64,000 nucleotides of DNA from positions 765,189 through 829,188 of the forward strand of contig JAYQIN010000002.1 in NCBI GenBank assembly GCA_038141665.1, given 5' to 3'. This DNA is from Thiothrix sp. Its GTDB lineage: Bacteria > Pseudomonadota > Gammaproteobacteria > Poriferisulfidales > GCA-002705445. The translations under genes were made by a program, and so were the position numbers. The first letter of the stretch is position 1. Every line of letters starts with the position of its first letter. The notes under the pieces were generated by a model that was not told where the DNA came from, did no database searches, and was given only the letters and a program-made list of their open reading frames with translations. This document shows positions 20,839 to 29,183 of the stretch, in pieces.

Positions 20839-21501
20839 ATGAGTAAAACTGAAAAAGCATACAGTATTTTTTTAGTTATTTTTATAACTATGATAGTTTT
20901 GACAAATATTATTGGAGTTAAATTATTTGAAATTTATTCTATTACCTTAACAACAGGTATCATAACTTACCCACTAACCTTTCTCATAACTGATATAGTA
21001 TGTGAAGTCTTTGGAAAGAAAAAAGCAAGTTTAATGGTGTTATTAGGATTTTTTGCAAGTATCTTATCTTTAATCTTTATTAATTTAGCAGTAATACTTC
21101 CGGGTTCTGAAGTATGGGTTAATAATTCTCTTGGATATAATTCTATAGAAGACATGCAGAATGCATATGAGTCTGTTTTTACACTACCAGGATTTTTAAT
21201 AACAGCGTCAATGCTTGCTTATCTAGTAGCACAATTAATAGATGTTAGTATTTTTCATTATTTGAAAAAACTTACTAGCGGAAAGAAGCTATGGCTTAGA
21301 AATAATATTTCTACAATTTTTTCTCAGTTGGTAGACACAATAATAGTAAATTCAATTTTTTTATATTTTGGTTTAAATTTAAGCTGGGATATTATCTTAA
21401 AAATTATTATTGCTAGTTATATATTTAAAATTTTAATCGCCATTTTTGATACACCATTTGTTTATATTGGAGTACATCTCACAAAAAAGTATATTAGATA
21501 G
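20839..21501 (+). CDS. yhhQ: queuosine-precursor transporter (YhhQ/DUF165, VUT family)
   Basis: 220 aa, 6 TM, YPLTFLITDIVCEVFGKK signature. Confidence 0.8.
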   Translation: MSKTEKAYSIFLVIFITMIVLTNIIGVKLFEIYSITLTTGIITYPLTFLITDIVCEVFGKKKASLMVLLGFFASILSLIFINLAVILPGSEVWVNNSLGYNSIEDMQNAYESVFTLPGFLITASMLAYLVAQLIDVSIFHYLKKLTSGKKLWLRNNISTIFSQLVDTIIVNSIFLYFGLNLSWDIILKIIIASYIFKILIAIFDTPFVYIGVHLTKKYIR

Positions 21502-22252
21502 TTTTTTTAAGCTTTCTTTTTACTTTCAAATCAACATACTTCATAACGGTCGTTTGGTGTCTTAATATTGCTAAAGTTAATCCTGTTGTTCCATCTAAAA
21601 ACCCCAACTTAAAAAAATACATTTTAAAAAAAGCCCAATAACCTCTTAACGTTCCAATTAAAATACCACCTACTTTTTTATCAACATTTTGTGAGCTCCA
21701 TGCATCAATATATAAGTTCATTTTAAGATAATAATCTTTCATAGTTTTATAAGTTTCATGGTGAAGATAACCCGAAATCCTTGCAGGTTTATGGTTATCT
21801 GGAATTATTAAAGTTTCGTGAACCAAGGCATCATTATAAGTGGTTAGATTATTTGGATATAGTCTATTTATCCAGTCTGGAAACCAACCTGAATATTTTA
21901 CTTCATGTCCAAAAGCTTTGCTCAATCTATTAACCTGGTAAATTTGTGGCTCTCCATTAATTGCTTTTTTTATAGACTCTTGTAAGTTAGAGCTGATTTC
22001 CTCGTCTGCATCAAGCATAAATATCCAATCTGACTTTGAGAGTTTTTGAGCATTTTGACGTTGCATTCCAAAACCAGGCCAGAAATTAGTTGTGTGAATA
22101 TTTTTGGTATATTTTTTGGCAATGCTAAGAGTTTTATCTGTGCTTCCAGAATCAAGAATAATAATTTCATCTGCCCAAGTTGAACTTTTAAGAGCTTTTT
22201 CAATAAACTCCTCACCATTCTTAACAATTATTATTATGCTTATAGTCTTCAT
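21494..22252 (-). CDS. family 2 glycosyltransferase (LPS core type)
   Basis: 252 aa, ISIIIIVKNGEEFI...ILDSGSTDKT...LDADE (DxD) motifs. Confidence 0.8.
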   Translation of the reverse strand: MKTISIIIIVKNGEEFIEKALKSSTWADEIIILDSGSTDKTLSIAKKYTKNIHTTNFWPGFGMQRQNAQKLSKSDWIFMLDADEEISSNLQESIKKAINGEPQIYQVNRLSKAFGHEVKYSGWFPDWINRLYPNNLTTYNDALVHETLIIPDNHKPARISGYLHHETYKTMKDYYLKMNLYIDAWSSQNVDKKVGGILIGTLRGYWAFFKMYFFKLGFLDGTTGLTLAILRHQTTVMKYVDLKVKRKLKKTI

Positions 22253-22275
22253 TAGGATTGAAATTGTAGCATATA

Positions 22276-22352
22276 TGGTGGCCCCGGTAGGACTCGAACC
22301 TACGACAAATGGATTATGAGTCCACTGCTCTAACCAACTGAGCTACAGGGCC
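22276..22352 (-). tRNA. tRNA with CAT anticodon (elongator Met or, more likely, lysidine-modified Ile2)
   Basis: Reverse complement GGCCCTGTAGCTCAGTTGGTTAGAGCAGTGGACTCATAATCCATTTGTCGTAGGTTCGAGTCCTACCGGGGCCACCA folds as a 77-nt cloverleaf (7-bp acceptor, D and T arms, CTCATAA anticodon loop, encoded CCA). The GGCCC.../...GGGGCC acceptor stem resembles E. coli ileX. Confidence 0.9.
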
Positions 22353-22433
22353 TTTTAGAATAAAAATTTAAGATTTTATATTTATATTGTATCACAATTA
22401 TTCTTAATAATAATTTGAAAGAATTTATATTAT

Positions 22434-22467
22434 ATAAAGAAAACCCACTACTCAATGAGTTAGTGGG
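22434..22467 (-). terminator. rho-independent terminator downstream of the His-rich OMP gene
   Basis: Minus-strand RNA CCCACUAACUCAUUGAGUAGUGGG (7-bp stem from 22444-22450 and 22461-22467) followed by UUUUCUUUAUAU. Confidence 0.5.
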
Positions 22468-22506
22468 CTATTACTAGGAGAAACTAAAATTTTTTTTATG
22501 GCTCTT

Positions 22507-23685
22507 TTAAAGCTCAAACATATACCTTAAGCCAAATCCAAATCTTTCAGTTACTTCATCTTCTTCGTCTGTGCGCTTAAATCCAAAATCAATATTTAAA
22601 TCTGGGGATACCGCATAACCAATAGAGATTTGAAGTAGTTTTGCATCCTCGCCCTCTGCTTCTGAGTGCTCATGCCCTTCCTCTTCCTCTTCTTCTGCCT
22701 TATTATTATCAACAAATGTGTAAGTTGTAGCAAAGTTCCAAGGGTACATTTTTAATCCTAGGGATGCTGAGAAATATGATCTATCATGGCCAGTTTCACC
22801 ACCATAGTGTTCTATGTCCATGTATTCAAATATTAAGGTTTTGCTAATTCCTTTAGAAAAGTTTTCTTTGTACCCAAATGAGACAGAATATCTATCTTCA
22901 TCGCTTTCGTTACCTATTCCAGCTTTCTGATGAGCGTAGCCTAATCTATAAAAAACTCTTTCTGCTATGTTGTTATTCAATGAATAAAAATCTTTACCAC
23001 CAATAGATATAGCATATGAATCAAAGTCTTCTGTATTTGCTAACCCCCCATCAGATTTACTTGTATGTCCTCTTTTATCTAGTATGGAATCGCTCAAAAA
23101 TGTCGTATCAGCATGAAAACTACTAATGTTTAATTTGTGCGTTCCAAAGTCATCGAAATTTGCTCCAAATTTAACTCCAGCACCAATACGTTCAGCAATT
23201 TTATATTCTTCGATCATTGAGTATGAATAAAGTCCAGGAAAGCTGTGATAATCAAGACCGACTTTAGGATTAAACTTGCCTAGATAAAGCGAAAAATCTT
23301 CATGACTATATGTAAGAGTAAGTGATTCAACCAATAACGGATGATCTTCAAAAACTCTGGTTGAGCCATCATGAGTTCTACTAACCCCTCCATGTGCGTG
23401 TCCGCCTGGTTCCCCTTCTACCTTAATATTTGTATCAATATTAAAACCTTCTGCAATTTTAGATCCAAGCTCAATATGGGAATGTGTATACCATTCATTG
23501 ACTTCTTTTGTTCCCGATGCGGCATCATTTATATGATCTGCATGAACGCGGATTCCCACATGTCCGTAAAAAGGTTCATCTGAATGCGCGGCATGATCAT
23601 GATCGTGCTCGTCCTCAGCATAAGAATTGCTTTGAAAAATAAAGGTTAAGATTACAAAAAGCTTAAAAAAGTAAGTAAATCTCAT
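22507..23685 (-). CDS. Zur-box-controlled putative outer-membrane beta-barrel protein with His-rich and Glu-rich tracts
   Basis: 392 aa, signal peptide (..QSNSYA/EDEHDHDHAAH), alternating beta-strand-like sequence, GGHAHGG and EEEEEEGHEHSEAEGED tracts. A perfect Zur palindrome lies 33 nt upstream of the start. Confidence 0.5.
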   Translation of the reverse strand: MRFTYFFKLFVILTFIFQSNSYAEDEHDHDHAAHSDEPFYGHVGIRVHADHINDAASGTKEVNEWYTHSHIELGSKIAEGFNIDTNIKVEGEPGGHAHGGVSRTHDGSTRVFEDHPLLVESLTLTYSHEDFSLYLGKFNPKVGLDYHSFPGLYSYSMIEEYKIAERIGAGVKFGANFDDFGTHKLNISSFHADTTFLSDSILDKRGHTSKSDGGLANTEDFDSYAISIGGKDFYSLNNNIAERVFYRLGYAHQKAGIGNESDEDRYSVSFGYKENFSKGISKTLIFEYMDIEHYGGETGHDRSYFSASLGLKMYPWNFATTYTFVDNNKAEEEEEEGHEHSEAEGEDAKLLQISIGYAVSPDLNIDFGFKRTDEEDEVTERFGFGLRYMFEL

Positions 23686-23717
23686 ATTTGTTCCACCCCA
23701 ATTAAAATTATAAAAAC

Positions 23718-23740
23718 GTAATGTTATATTATAACATTAC
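23718..23740. promoter_or_regulatory. Zur box (operator) upstream of the His-rich OMP gene
   Basis: GTAATGTTATA-T-TATAACATTAC is a perfect 11-1-11 palindrome matching the gammaproteobacterial Zur consensus (GAAATGTTATANTATAACATTTC). Confidence 0.8.
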
Positions 23741-23780
23741 TTAATTCCAGTGTTTTATAATTATATTATTAAGTTCTTAA

Positions 23781-24575
23781 TTATTTTGTTTTTACGATGA
23801 AAGATAATAGAGAAATAGTTACAAATATTAAAGCCGACGCGACTACAATTGACGGACCTGATGGCGTATCAAGATACAAAGAGCTAAATATTCCAATTAT
23901 TACTGCAAAAACAGCAAGAGCGGATGAAATAATTGCCATTATTTCTGGAGAATAAGCTAATTGTCTTGCAGATGCAGCAGGAATTATTAGTAATGATGTG
24001 ATTAAAAGTAAACCAACAATTTTAAAAGACACTGCAACAACAATCGTCATTAATAACATAATTAATAATTGATTAACCAAAACGTTAATACCTTCAGCCC
24101 TTGCTAATTTTTCATCTATTGTCATTAGAACAAATGATGCCCAATTGAAATATAAAAAAATTAATACAAAGATGCCTCCGAATATTATGAAATATATTTC
24201 TAATGAATTAACTGCCAATATGTCGCCAAACAAGTAGGAGTGAAGGTCAACACTTCTATCAAGAAGGCTCAATACAACCATTCCAACAGAAAGAGCTGAA
24301 TGTGCGAGAATACCTAAAAGCGTATCTGTAGCCAAAATTTTTTTCTGCTGTAACCATATTAATATTATTGTAAAAAAAGAGCATATGATTATAGTTCCTA
24401 TATTTGTACTAATTCCCAGAACAAGCCCAAGAGCAACACCTAGTAAGGCACTATGTGCCAGTGAATCTCCAAAGTAAGCCATTTTTCTCCAAACAACAAA
24501 ACAACCAATTGCTCCAGCAATAATAGCAACTCCAATACCGGCAATAATTGCTCTAATTAAAAATGGTTCAATCAT
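23781..24575 (-). CDS. znuB: zinc ABC transporter permease ZnuB
   Basis: 264 aa polytopic, ABC-3 family (FGDSLAHSALLGVALG). Confidence 0.9.
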   Translation of the reverse strand: MIEPFLIRAIIAGIGVAIIAGAIGCFVVWRKMAYFGDSLAHSALLGVALGLVLGISTNIGTIIICSFFTIILIWLQQKKILATDTLLGILAHSALSVGMVVLSLLDRSVDLHSYLFGDILAVNSLEIYFIIFGGIFVLIFLYFNWASFVLMTIDEKLARAEGINVLVNQLLIMLLMTIVVAVSFKIVGLLLITSLLIIPAASARQLAYSPEIMAIISSALAVFAVIIGIFSSLYLDTPSGPSIVVASALIFVTISLLSFIVKTK

Positions 24576-25317
24576 TAAGAATCTCTTTATGTGAATGATT
24601 ATGAGTATGTTGATAAACTGACATCATTTCGGCCATATCATTTCCAAAAAGCGAAATAAATTCAGGGTCTTTTGCAACTGTTTGAGGTTCGCCAGAGCAA
24701 CAAACATGATGATATAAGCATACAACTTGTTTTGTTGACGACATAACCATATGGAGATCATGAGAAACCATTAAAATACTTAAATTTCTATTTTTATAAA
24801 TACTATTAAGTAAATTATAAAAATTTAATTGGTTTTTAATATCAAGATTTTGAGCAGGCTCATCTAAAATTAATAATTCAGGCTCATCCAATAAGCTTCT
24901 TGTCAAAAGTACTTTTTGGAGTTCGCCACCTGAGAGATTAGATAAATTCTTGTTAAGAATTTCTGTGATATTGGTTTCTTTAGATAAGTTAATTAATTCT
25001 GAAGTTGAAAATTTTTTATTTAATTTTAGGAATCTTTCTACACTTATAGGCATAGAATTTTCCGGGATAAAGTTTTGCGGTATATAACCTATAGACAGAT
25101 TGCTTTTCTTAATTATTTTTCCGCTATCTGGGATGAAAGAACCCATTAAACAATCAAGAAGGACTGATTTTCCTGCCCCATTAGGACCTATAATGGTTAT
25201 AAAATCTTTCTTCTTTATATTTAAGCTTACGTTCTCAAGAATATTTTTATTTTGTCTTGATACACTCAAATTCTCAGCTTGAATTAAAAAAGACATTTTT
25301 TTAAGTACATTCTCCAC
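24568..25317 (-). CDS. znuC: zinc ABC transporter ATPase ZnuC
   Basis: 249 aa, Walker A GPNGAGKS, LSGGELQ signature, ILDEP Walker B. Confidence 0.9.
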   Translation of the reverse strand: MENVLKKMSFLIQAENLSVSRQNKNILENVSLNIKKKDFITIIGPNGAGKSVLLDCLMGSFIPDSGKIIKKSNLSIGYIPQNFIPENSMPISVERFLKLNKKFSTSELINLSKETNITEILNKNLSNLSGGELQKVLLTRSLLDEPELLILDEPAQNLDIKNQLNFYNLLNSIYKNRNLSILMVSHDLHMVMSSTKQVVCLYHHVCCSGEPQTVAKDPEFISLFGNDMAEMMSVYQHTHNHSHKEILND

Positions 25318-25756
25318 AAACTCCTGATATTTCCAAAGTCACTTGATTTGGTAAAAAACTTTTTCTCCCGGAATTATTTTTGACAATATCATTTATGTTT
25401 ATTGAGCAATGTTCTTCAATATTTTGACATTCGTTACATATTAAAAAATAGCATGAATCATGTGCGTCTGGGTGGGAGCATCCTACGTAAGCATTTAAAC
25501 TTTGTATTTTATGAATAAGCCCATGTTCCATTAAGAAATCTAATGATCTATATACTGTTGGAGGTTTAGCAGAATTATCAATTCTTTGTAAGTCTTCCAA
25601 AAGATCATAAGCTTTCACATAGGAATGACTTTTCCAAATTAATTTAAGTACAGTTTCTCGAAGTTTAGTTAACTTCACACCTTTTTTTTTGCAAACCATC
25701 TTAGCATTTTTCAATGCTTCATTTGTACATGTTTTATGATTTTTGCATGAGCTCAT
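25301..25756 (-). CDS. zur: zinc uptake regulator Zur (Fur family)
   Basis: 151 aa, KPPTVYRSLDFLMEHGLIHK winged helix and CxxC...CxxC pairs; heads the zur-znuC-znuB operon. Confidence 0.85.
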   Translation of the reverse strand: MSSCKNHKTCTNEALKNAKMVCKKKGVKLTKLRETVLKLIWKSHSYVKAYDLLEDLQRIDNSAKPPTVYRSLDFLMEHGLIHKIQSLNAYVGCSHPDAHDSCYFLICNECQNIEEHCSININDIVKNNSGRKSFLPNQVTLEISGVCGECT

Positions 25757-25789
25757 TTTTTTTATCTCTAAACGTTATTGAAAACATAT

Positions 25790-25806
25790 ATGTTATAATA
25801 TAACAT
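25790..25806. promoter_or_regulatory. Zur box in the divergent zur-znuCB / znuA intergenic region
   Basis: ATGTTATA-A-TATAACAT, a perfect 8-1-8 palindrome between zur (start 25756) and znuA (start 25838). Confidence 0.8.
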
Positions 25807-25837
25807 TATTTTAAATTAATATTAAATAATTATAATT

Positions 25838-26740
25838 ATGTCAAAAAAAATACTATTAATCATTTTTAGTTTGTTCGTAAGTACAAATGCAATATCAAGC
25901 GAAATTGTTGCTAGTATTAAACCACTTCATTCTTTAGTTAGTGCAGTTACTCAGGGAAGTAATTCAGTTTCTTTATTAATAAAGGGAAGTATGTCCCCAC
26001 ATAATTTCGCACTAAAGCCATCGCACGCAAAACTACTAAATAATGCAAAAATAGTTTTTTATATAGATAACCACCTTGAATCTGCTTTAAAAAGAACAGT
26101 TATAGGATTACCTACAAGCGTAAGAGTTGTGAAGGTATCAGGCACCAAACAATTAAAACTTCTGCCAACTAGATCAGTAGATAATTGGGAAGAAGATGGT
26201 CATGACCATCACCATCATGATCATGGTTCGCATGATCTTCATTTTTGGCTAGATCCGAATAATGCCATTCAAATTGTAAAAGGAATTGTTCGACAGCTAA
26301 GTATTGTTTACCCAGAAAATATCAATCTCTACAAAAAAAATGCAAAAAATATTATTAAAGAAATTAAAGCTACAGATCTTTCATTACAATCAATGCTGGA
26401 GCCAATAAAAAATAAACCTTTTATTGTTTTTCATGATGCTTATCAGTATTTTGAAAATATGTACGGGCTAAACGCTGTAGGATCAATTTTATTAGATCCT
26501 GAAATACCTCCTTCACCTAAAAGGATCATTCAAATTAGATCAAAAATTAAGACCTCAAATCCAAACTGTGTTTTCAAGGAGCCGCAATTCAGAGCAAAAA
26601 TTGTAAATACTGTTATTGAAGATACAAATGTAAAAGTTGGCATCTTAGATCCTCTGGGTGCTGATTTAGAAGAAGGACCAAACATGTACTCAAATCTTTT
26701 AAAACAAATTGCAGGCAATTTAAAAAAATGTCTTGAATAA
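25838..26740 (+). CDS. znuA: periplasmic zinc-binding protein ZnuA
   Basis: 300 aa, signal peptide, cluster A-I SBP with His-rich loop EEDGHDHHHHDHGSHDLHFW. Confidence 0.9.
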   Translation: MSKKILLIIFSLFVSTNAISSEIVASIKPLHSLVSAVTQGSNSVSLLIKGSMSPHNFALKPSHAKLLNNAKIVFYIDNHLESALKRTVIGLPTSVRVVKVSGTKQLKLLPTRSVDNWEEDGHDHHHHDHGSHDLHFWLDPNNAIQIVKGIVRQLSIVYPENINLYKKNAKNIIKEIKATDLSLQSMLEPIKNKPFIVFHDAYQYFENMYGLNAVGSILLDPEIPPSPKRIIQIRSKIKTSNPNCVFKEPQFRAKIVNTVIEDTNVKVGILDPLGADLEEGPNMYSNLLKQIAGNLKKCLE

Positions 26741-26814
26741 AAAGAATTTTTGTTTTTCTAGTTATAATATATGTGTAAATGTTTTTTTTATAAAAATGTA
26801 TTAAAGTAATACTT

Positions 26815-27912
26815 ATGAAAATAAGATTGCTAATAATTCTATTTATTTTAAATAACTCAGTAATTGCTGACACATCTAATTATGGCTCTTCAAAAGAAAA
26901 AGTTAATCAAAGCGACATTAACTGGTTGTTAGACAGACATAATATTCAAGAAGCACGAGGTGGAACAACAAACGGCTTAGAGCCAAATATTGATAAAAGT
27001 CCTTCAAACTATTTCGTAAAGCTACAAAATTCAAAAAAGAAAAAAGAAAAAGATAGGCTTGCCATATTGTCAATGGCTGGGGACTACAGAGCAAATTTTG
27101 AGTTCACTGAAATATTTGGCAGTGACCCAAATTATAATCTTGATAATCCCTATAAGTCTTGGGGAACAGAAACAATCATGGTTATTCAAAATAGTGAAAA
27201 CTTTATTTCACTTCAACATATTCTCGTGATGTTCATGAAGGATAAAGATGGAAATGTAAAAGGACCATATGTGCAAAAACATTGGCGACAAGATTGGTCC
27301 TTCGAAGATAAAAAAATTTTAAAATTTCTGGGAAAAAATAAATGGGCTGTTCAAAGACAAGGAGATGTTATAAAAACATGGAGTCAGGCTGTATATCAGG
27401 TAGATGATTCTCCTAGATATGAGTCCTATGGTATATGGGTTCATGAACAAGGCGTTTCAAGATGGACCAGTAAGACTACAAATAGGCCATTGCCAAGAAG
27501 AGAGCACAGTGTTAGAAACGATTATGATTTGTTAATGGGAGTTAATAAAATATCAGTTTTACCATGGGGTTGGGTAATGGAAGAAAATAATGACAAGATT
27601 AAAACCCCAAATAACTATATTGGCACAGAGTATGGATTAGCTAGATATCAAAAAGTTGTAAACTATGATTTTACCCCGGCTTTAAAATATTGGCAGTCTT
27701 CAAAAGGTTACTGGGACTTAGTCAGAGATAAGTGGGATAGGATAATATCTTATGATGCAAGCTTTTGTATGAAAAAACATTATAATGATAAGCCATTATT
27801 TAATTATCATTTTTCACAGGCAGAAAAATATAAGAAAGAAAAGGATATATTGAAAGCAAAAAGGGATGTTGATCAAACAATAAACAATTTTATAATAAAT
27901 AATTGTATGTAG
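26815..27912 (+). CDS. secreted hypothetical protein (Trp-rich)
   Basis: 365 aa ORF with signal peptide (MKIRLLIILFILNNSVIA); no family recognised. Confidence 0.5.
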   Translation: MKIRLLIILFILNNSVIADTSNYGSSKEKVNQSDINWLLDRHNIQEARGGTTNGLEPNIDKSPSNYFVKLQNSKKKKEKDRLAILSMAGDYRANFEFTEIFGSDPNYNLDNPYKSWGTETIMVIQNSENFISLQHILVMFMKDKDGNVKGPYVQKHWRQDWSFEDKKILKFLGKNKWAVQRQGDVIKTWSQAVYQVDDSPRYESYGIWVHEQGVSRWTSKTTNRPLPRREHSVRNDYDLLMGVNKISVLPWGWVMEENNDKIKTPNNYIGTEYGLARYQKVVNYDFTPALKYWQSSKGYWDLVRDKWDRIISYDASFCMKKHYNDKPLFNYHFSQAEKYKKEKDILKAKRDVDQTINNFIINNCM

Positions 27913-28025
27913 CAGTAATAAAGCAGAGGCAAAAACAAGCTTTAAATATTAATAAGAACTATTTGCATTTATAAATGATTTGCATTATTATTCAAAACAA
28001 TATTAATTATATAAATGGTGAAAAA

Positions 28026-28391
28026 ATGAGAAAAATAATGAGCTTTATTATTTTGATAATACTATCGCAAAATGTACTAGCAGGACCTTATATTACAACC
28101 AAGCATGAATTTAAATTGAAAGACTCAGATTATAATAAAACGGTAAATCAAATAAGATTTGGATATGATAAAAAAATAAAAAATTCAACATACTACATAG
28201 AAATAGGTGGTGGAGAAACTTTACCAAATGGCAATAGTCTTGGAAGCGGCCAAAGTATAATATCGTATGAACTGGGTTTTAAAAAGAAAGTTAATGATAG
28301 ATTTTCATTCAAGATCCAATATGAGGGAAAAAATTATACAGATACATATTTAGATCACGAGTTTGAGTTTGAAACAAAATATCGATTTTAA
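28026..28391 (+). CDS. small putative outer-membrane beta-barrel protein
   Basis: Likely start is ATG 28026 (MRKIMSFIILIILSQNVLAG signal peptide). Alternating strands and a C-terminal ...ETKYRF aromatic terminus. The track ORF starts further upstream at 27975. Confidence 0.45.
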   Translation: MRKIMSFIILIILSQNVLAGPYITTKHEFKLKDSDYNKTVNQIRFGYDKKIKNSTYYIEIGGGETLPNGNSLGSGQSIISYELGFKKKVNDRFSFKIQYEGKNYTDTYLDHEFEFETKYRF

Positions 28392-28417
28392 AAGAAATAA
28401 AGTGTAACATTAATTTT

Positions 28418-28975
28418 GTGAATAATAAAAATGAAAACATTTCAGATATTGAATTATCATTAATTTCAGTTATTTCTGCATTAGAAAATAAACTTGAAGA
28501 GCTAGATCACAACATATCTTTGCTATCAAAAGAAAATAAGAGTTCGTCAGTAAACTTATCTAGTGACTCAGAGTTGTATAAAAGAGTTAAAGAGCTTGAG
28601 GAAAAAAGTCTAAAATTAGATAGTGAAAATAGTTGTGATTTTACGAAAAAATATTTGAACACTTTGCCAGCAAAAGGCAGATTCTCAAATTCAAGAAAAG
28701 GTTATATTGTAGCTGAAAATTTACGATTAAAAAGGATTGAATCAATTGAAAAATCTCTAAATGAGATTCATAAAAAATTTGATGAATATAGTTTGCAAAC
28801 TAATAAAATAAAAGAAGTGAATTTTGATAGTGGTAAAAAAGATAATGATTCAGATAATATTATGCCAGATGGATTCTATCCAAGATCGGAAGGAATATTT
28901 TTTGGTTTTATCTTTTCTCTCGTGCTTGTTTTTCTTTTAATAATAGTATCTAGTGGAATAAATATTTTTATATAG
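28418..28975 (+). CDS. hypothetical coiled-coil protein with C-terminal TM anchor
   Basis: 185 aa ORF (GTG start as called in the track), heptad-like acidic/Lys-rich body, terminal hydrophobic helix FFGFIFSLVLVFLLIIV. Confidence 0.4.
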   Translation: MNNKNENISDIELSLISVISALENKLEELDHNISLLSKENKSSSVNLSSDSELYKRVKELEEKSLKLDSENSCDFTKKYLNTLPAKGRFSNSRKGYIVAENLRLKRIESIEKSLNEIHKKFDEYSLQTNKIKEVNFDSGKKDNDSDNIMPDGFYPRSEGIFFGFIFSLVLVFLLIIVSSGINIFI

Positions 28976-28993
28976 TAACTAAGGTTAATAATT

Positions 28994-29182
28994 TTGAGTT
29001 TTATTTTAAATTTTTTATTATTTTTTATAGGACTATTTGTAAAAATGTTTTCTTATACGCTTTTAACATTCGTATTTATCTTTTTTACTTTAATGTTTTT
29101 AGTTTATATATATTTTGGTAATGAGATAACTTTTATAATAGAAAAATTTCATGAAACTATACCTCATGCTATACCTATTTAA
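28994..29182 (+). CDS. possible small membrane protein
   Basis: 62 aa ORF, non-ATG start, two hydrophobic helices. Supported only by ORF existence and hydrophobicity. Confidence 0.2.
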   Translation: MSFILNFLLFFIGLFVKMFSYTLLTFVFIFFTLMFLVYIYFGNEITFIIEKFHETIPHAIPI

Positions 29183-29183
29183 G

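Noticed and set aside
26761-26773. Third Zur box upstream of ORF 26815-27912.
   Set aside because: Only one half-site (GTTATA) fits. The other half (TATATG) breaks the palindrome, so it is too weak to call.
27961-27990. Fur box upstream of the small barrel-protein gene.
   Set aside because: The best alignment of ATAAATGATTTGCATTATT to GATAATGATAATCATTATC gives only about 12 of 19 matches, which is not distinguishable from AT-rich background.
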